Below are positions 63,134 to 64,000 of a stretch of 64,000 nucleotides of DNA, one piece after another. Both the position numbers and the translations under genes were made by a program. Below the pieces are notes generated by a model. It did no database searches and was not told the origin of the DNA. It saw nothing but the letters and a program-made list of their open reading frames with translations. How positions within the stretch are numbered: position 1 is the stretch's first letter; each line of letters starts with the position of its first letter. Location of the stretch: the NCBI GenBank assembly GCA_013239625.1, contig MU053379.1:4297229-4361228 (forward strand). The letters are read 5' to 3'. Source of the DNA: Lama guanicoe (Eukaryota).

Positions 63134-64000
63134 ACTTGTCTTCCCTACAACATAAAACTGCACTTCTTAATCACTGCAGACCCTCGGAGTTCAAGGAACT
63201 AGCAACGAAAACTATCCTTTTACGAGTTTGAAGACCAGGAGGAAGCAGCTCAAAACTCTCCCTGACCGAGCGATTCGCATCTCCATCGGTGGGATTCTTA
63301 AGGTCCCCACGCAGCTGCTTCCCGTGCGGACGAAAGTTGGCGTGTATGTTGACTTGGCCGGCCCTGGGCGCTGCGCTCTGAGAGGGGGCAGGACTTCGTT
63401 TAAACTCCACAGTGCCCCTCACCCTCGAGAATGTAGGCTGGGGCGGTTCTTCCTGCCTCTCCGTCCAGGACGGGGAGTTCCTCTCTGCAGCTCTGTGGGG
63501 CTTGCCTCTGAGAAGCCACACGCACGCTAACCCGCAAGCAGGGGACACGCCACCAACGGGGCGTTAATTTCTCTGAGAATGCTCACCTAAAGTACTGGGT
63601 CTCCCGATAGGAATCACCTTTAAACATCAAGTAAGCAATTCACTGACGTTGGAAGCCGCGCCCAGAAGGGCCAGCCCTCTGCTTTCAGTGGACAGTCCCC
63701 AGGGCCGGCGTGGGAGCCCTCACATCACCCGGTTCCCAGAAGGATGATGTCTTGCTTCCACGGCAGCATGACTGCCCGTTTCCAGACCTTCGTGACGTGA
63801 CGGGGAGTGGCTTTTCTAAAGTAAACCCCAGAGCGTTGTCTATTCACCATGCCACCAGTGGACCTTCAGAAGGACTTCTGGACAAAGAGCCACGTCTTGT
63901 TAGGAGTTACCCAGAAATGGACAACATCACCTTCTTAATACGAGACGTGGTTGCTTTTATGACGGTACCTTTCGCTGAAATTCTTCCCCGTCCACGTCGG

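Noticed and set aside
1-64000. Naming a host gene or exact locus
   Set aside because: No coding exon was recognised, so any gene assignment would be a guess without a BLAST search.

Overview
This is mammalian non-coding genomic DNA, not prokaryotic. It is very GC- and CpG-rich, consistent with a distal or subtelomeric isochore. It is probably camelid: the youngest L1 3' ends resemble camelid-type L1 as I recall it, and I saw no Alu, Bov-tA, PRE1 or SINEC. I recognise no protein-coding exon, rRNA, tRNA or CRISPR array; the supplied ORFs look like Pro/Arg/Gly-rich chance ORFs. The window is a mosaic of L1, L2 and MIR fragments, MaLR/ERVL LTRs, three ERV1-type solo LTRs with intact TG..CA ends and 4-bp target-site duplications, DNA transposon fossils (MER20, MER3, MER2B-like, MER44-like) and a ~26-copy 20-bp minisatellite. 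The best leads are: (i) a promoter-like cluster followed by a ~154-nt nested fold-back at 13.77-14.39 kb; (ii) an overlapping GAS+ISRE element inside a solo LTR, next to an octamer/EBF/STAT cluster at 30.5-31.8 kb; (iii) an ILPR-like G-quadruplex VNTR; (iv) strong AT-to-GC drift of old repeats; (v) a speculative minus-strand spliced lncRNA. Repeat family names come from remembered consensus sequences and need RepeatMasker/Dfam confirmation. Nothing here demonstrates a new biological system; the findings are testable hypotheses.
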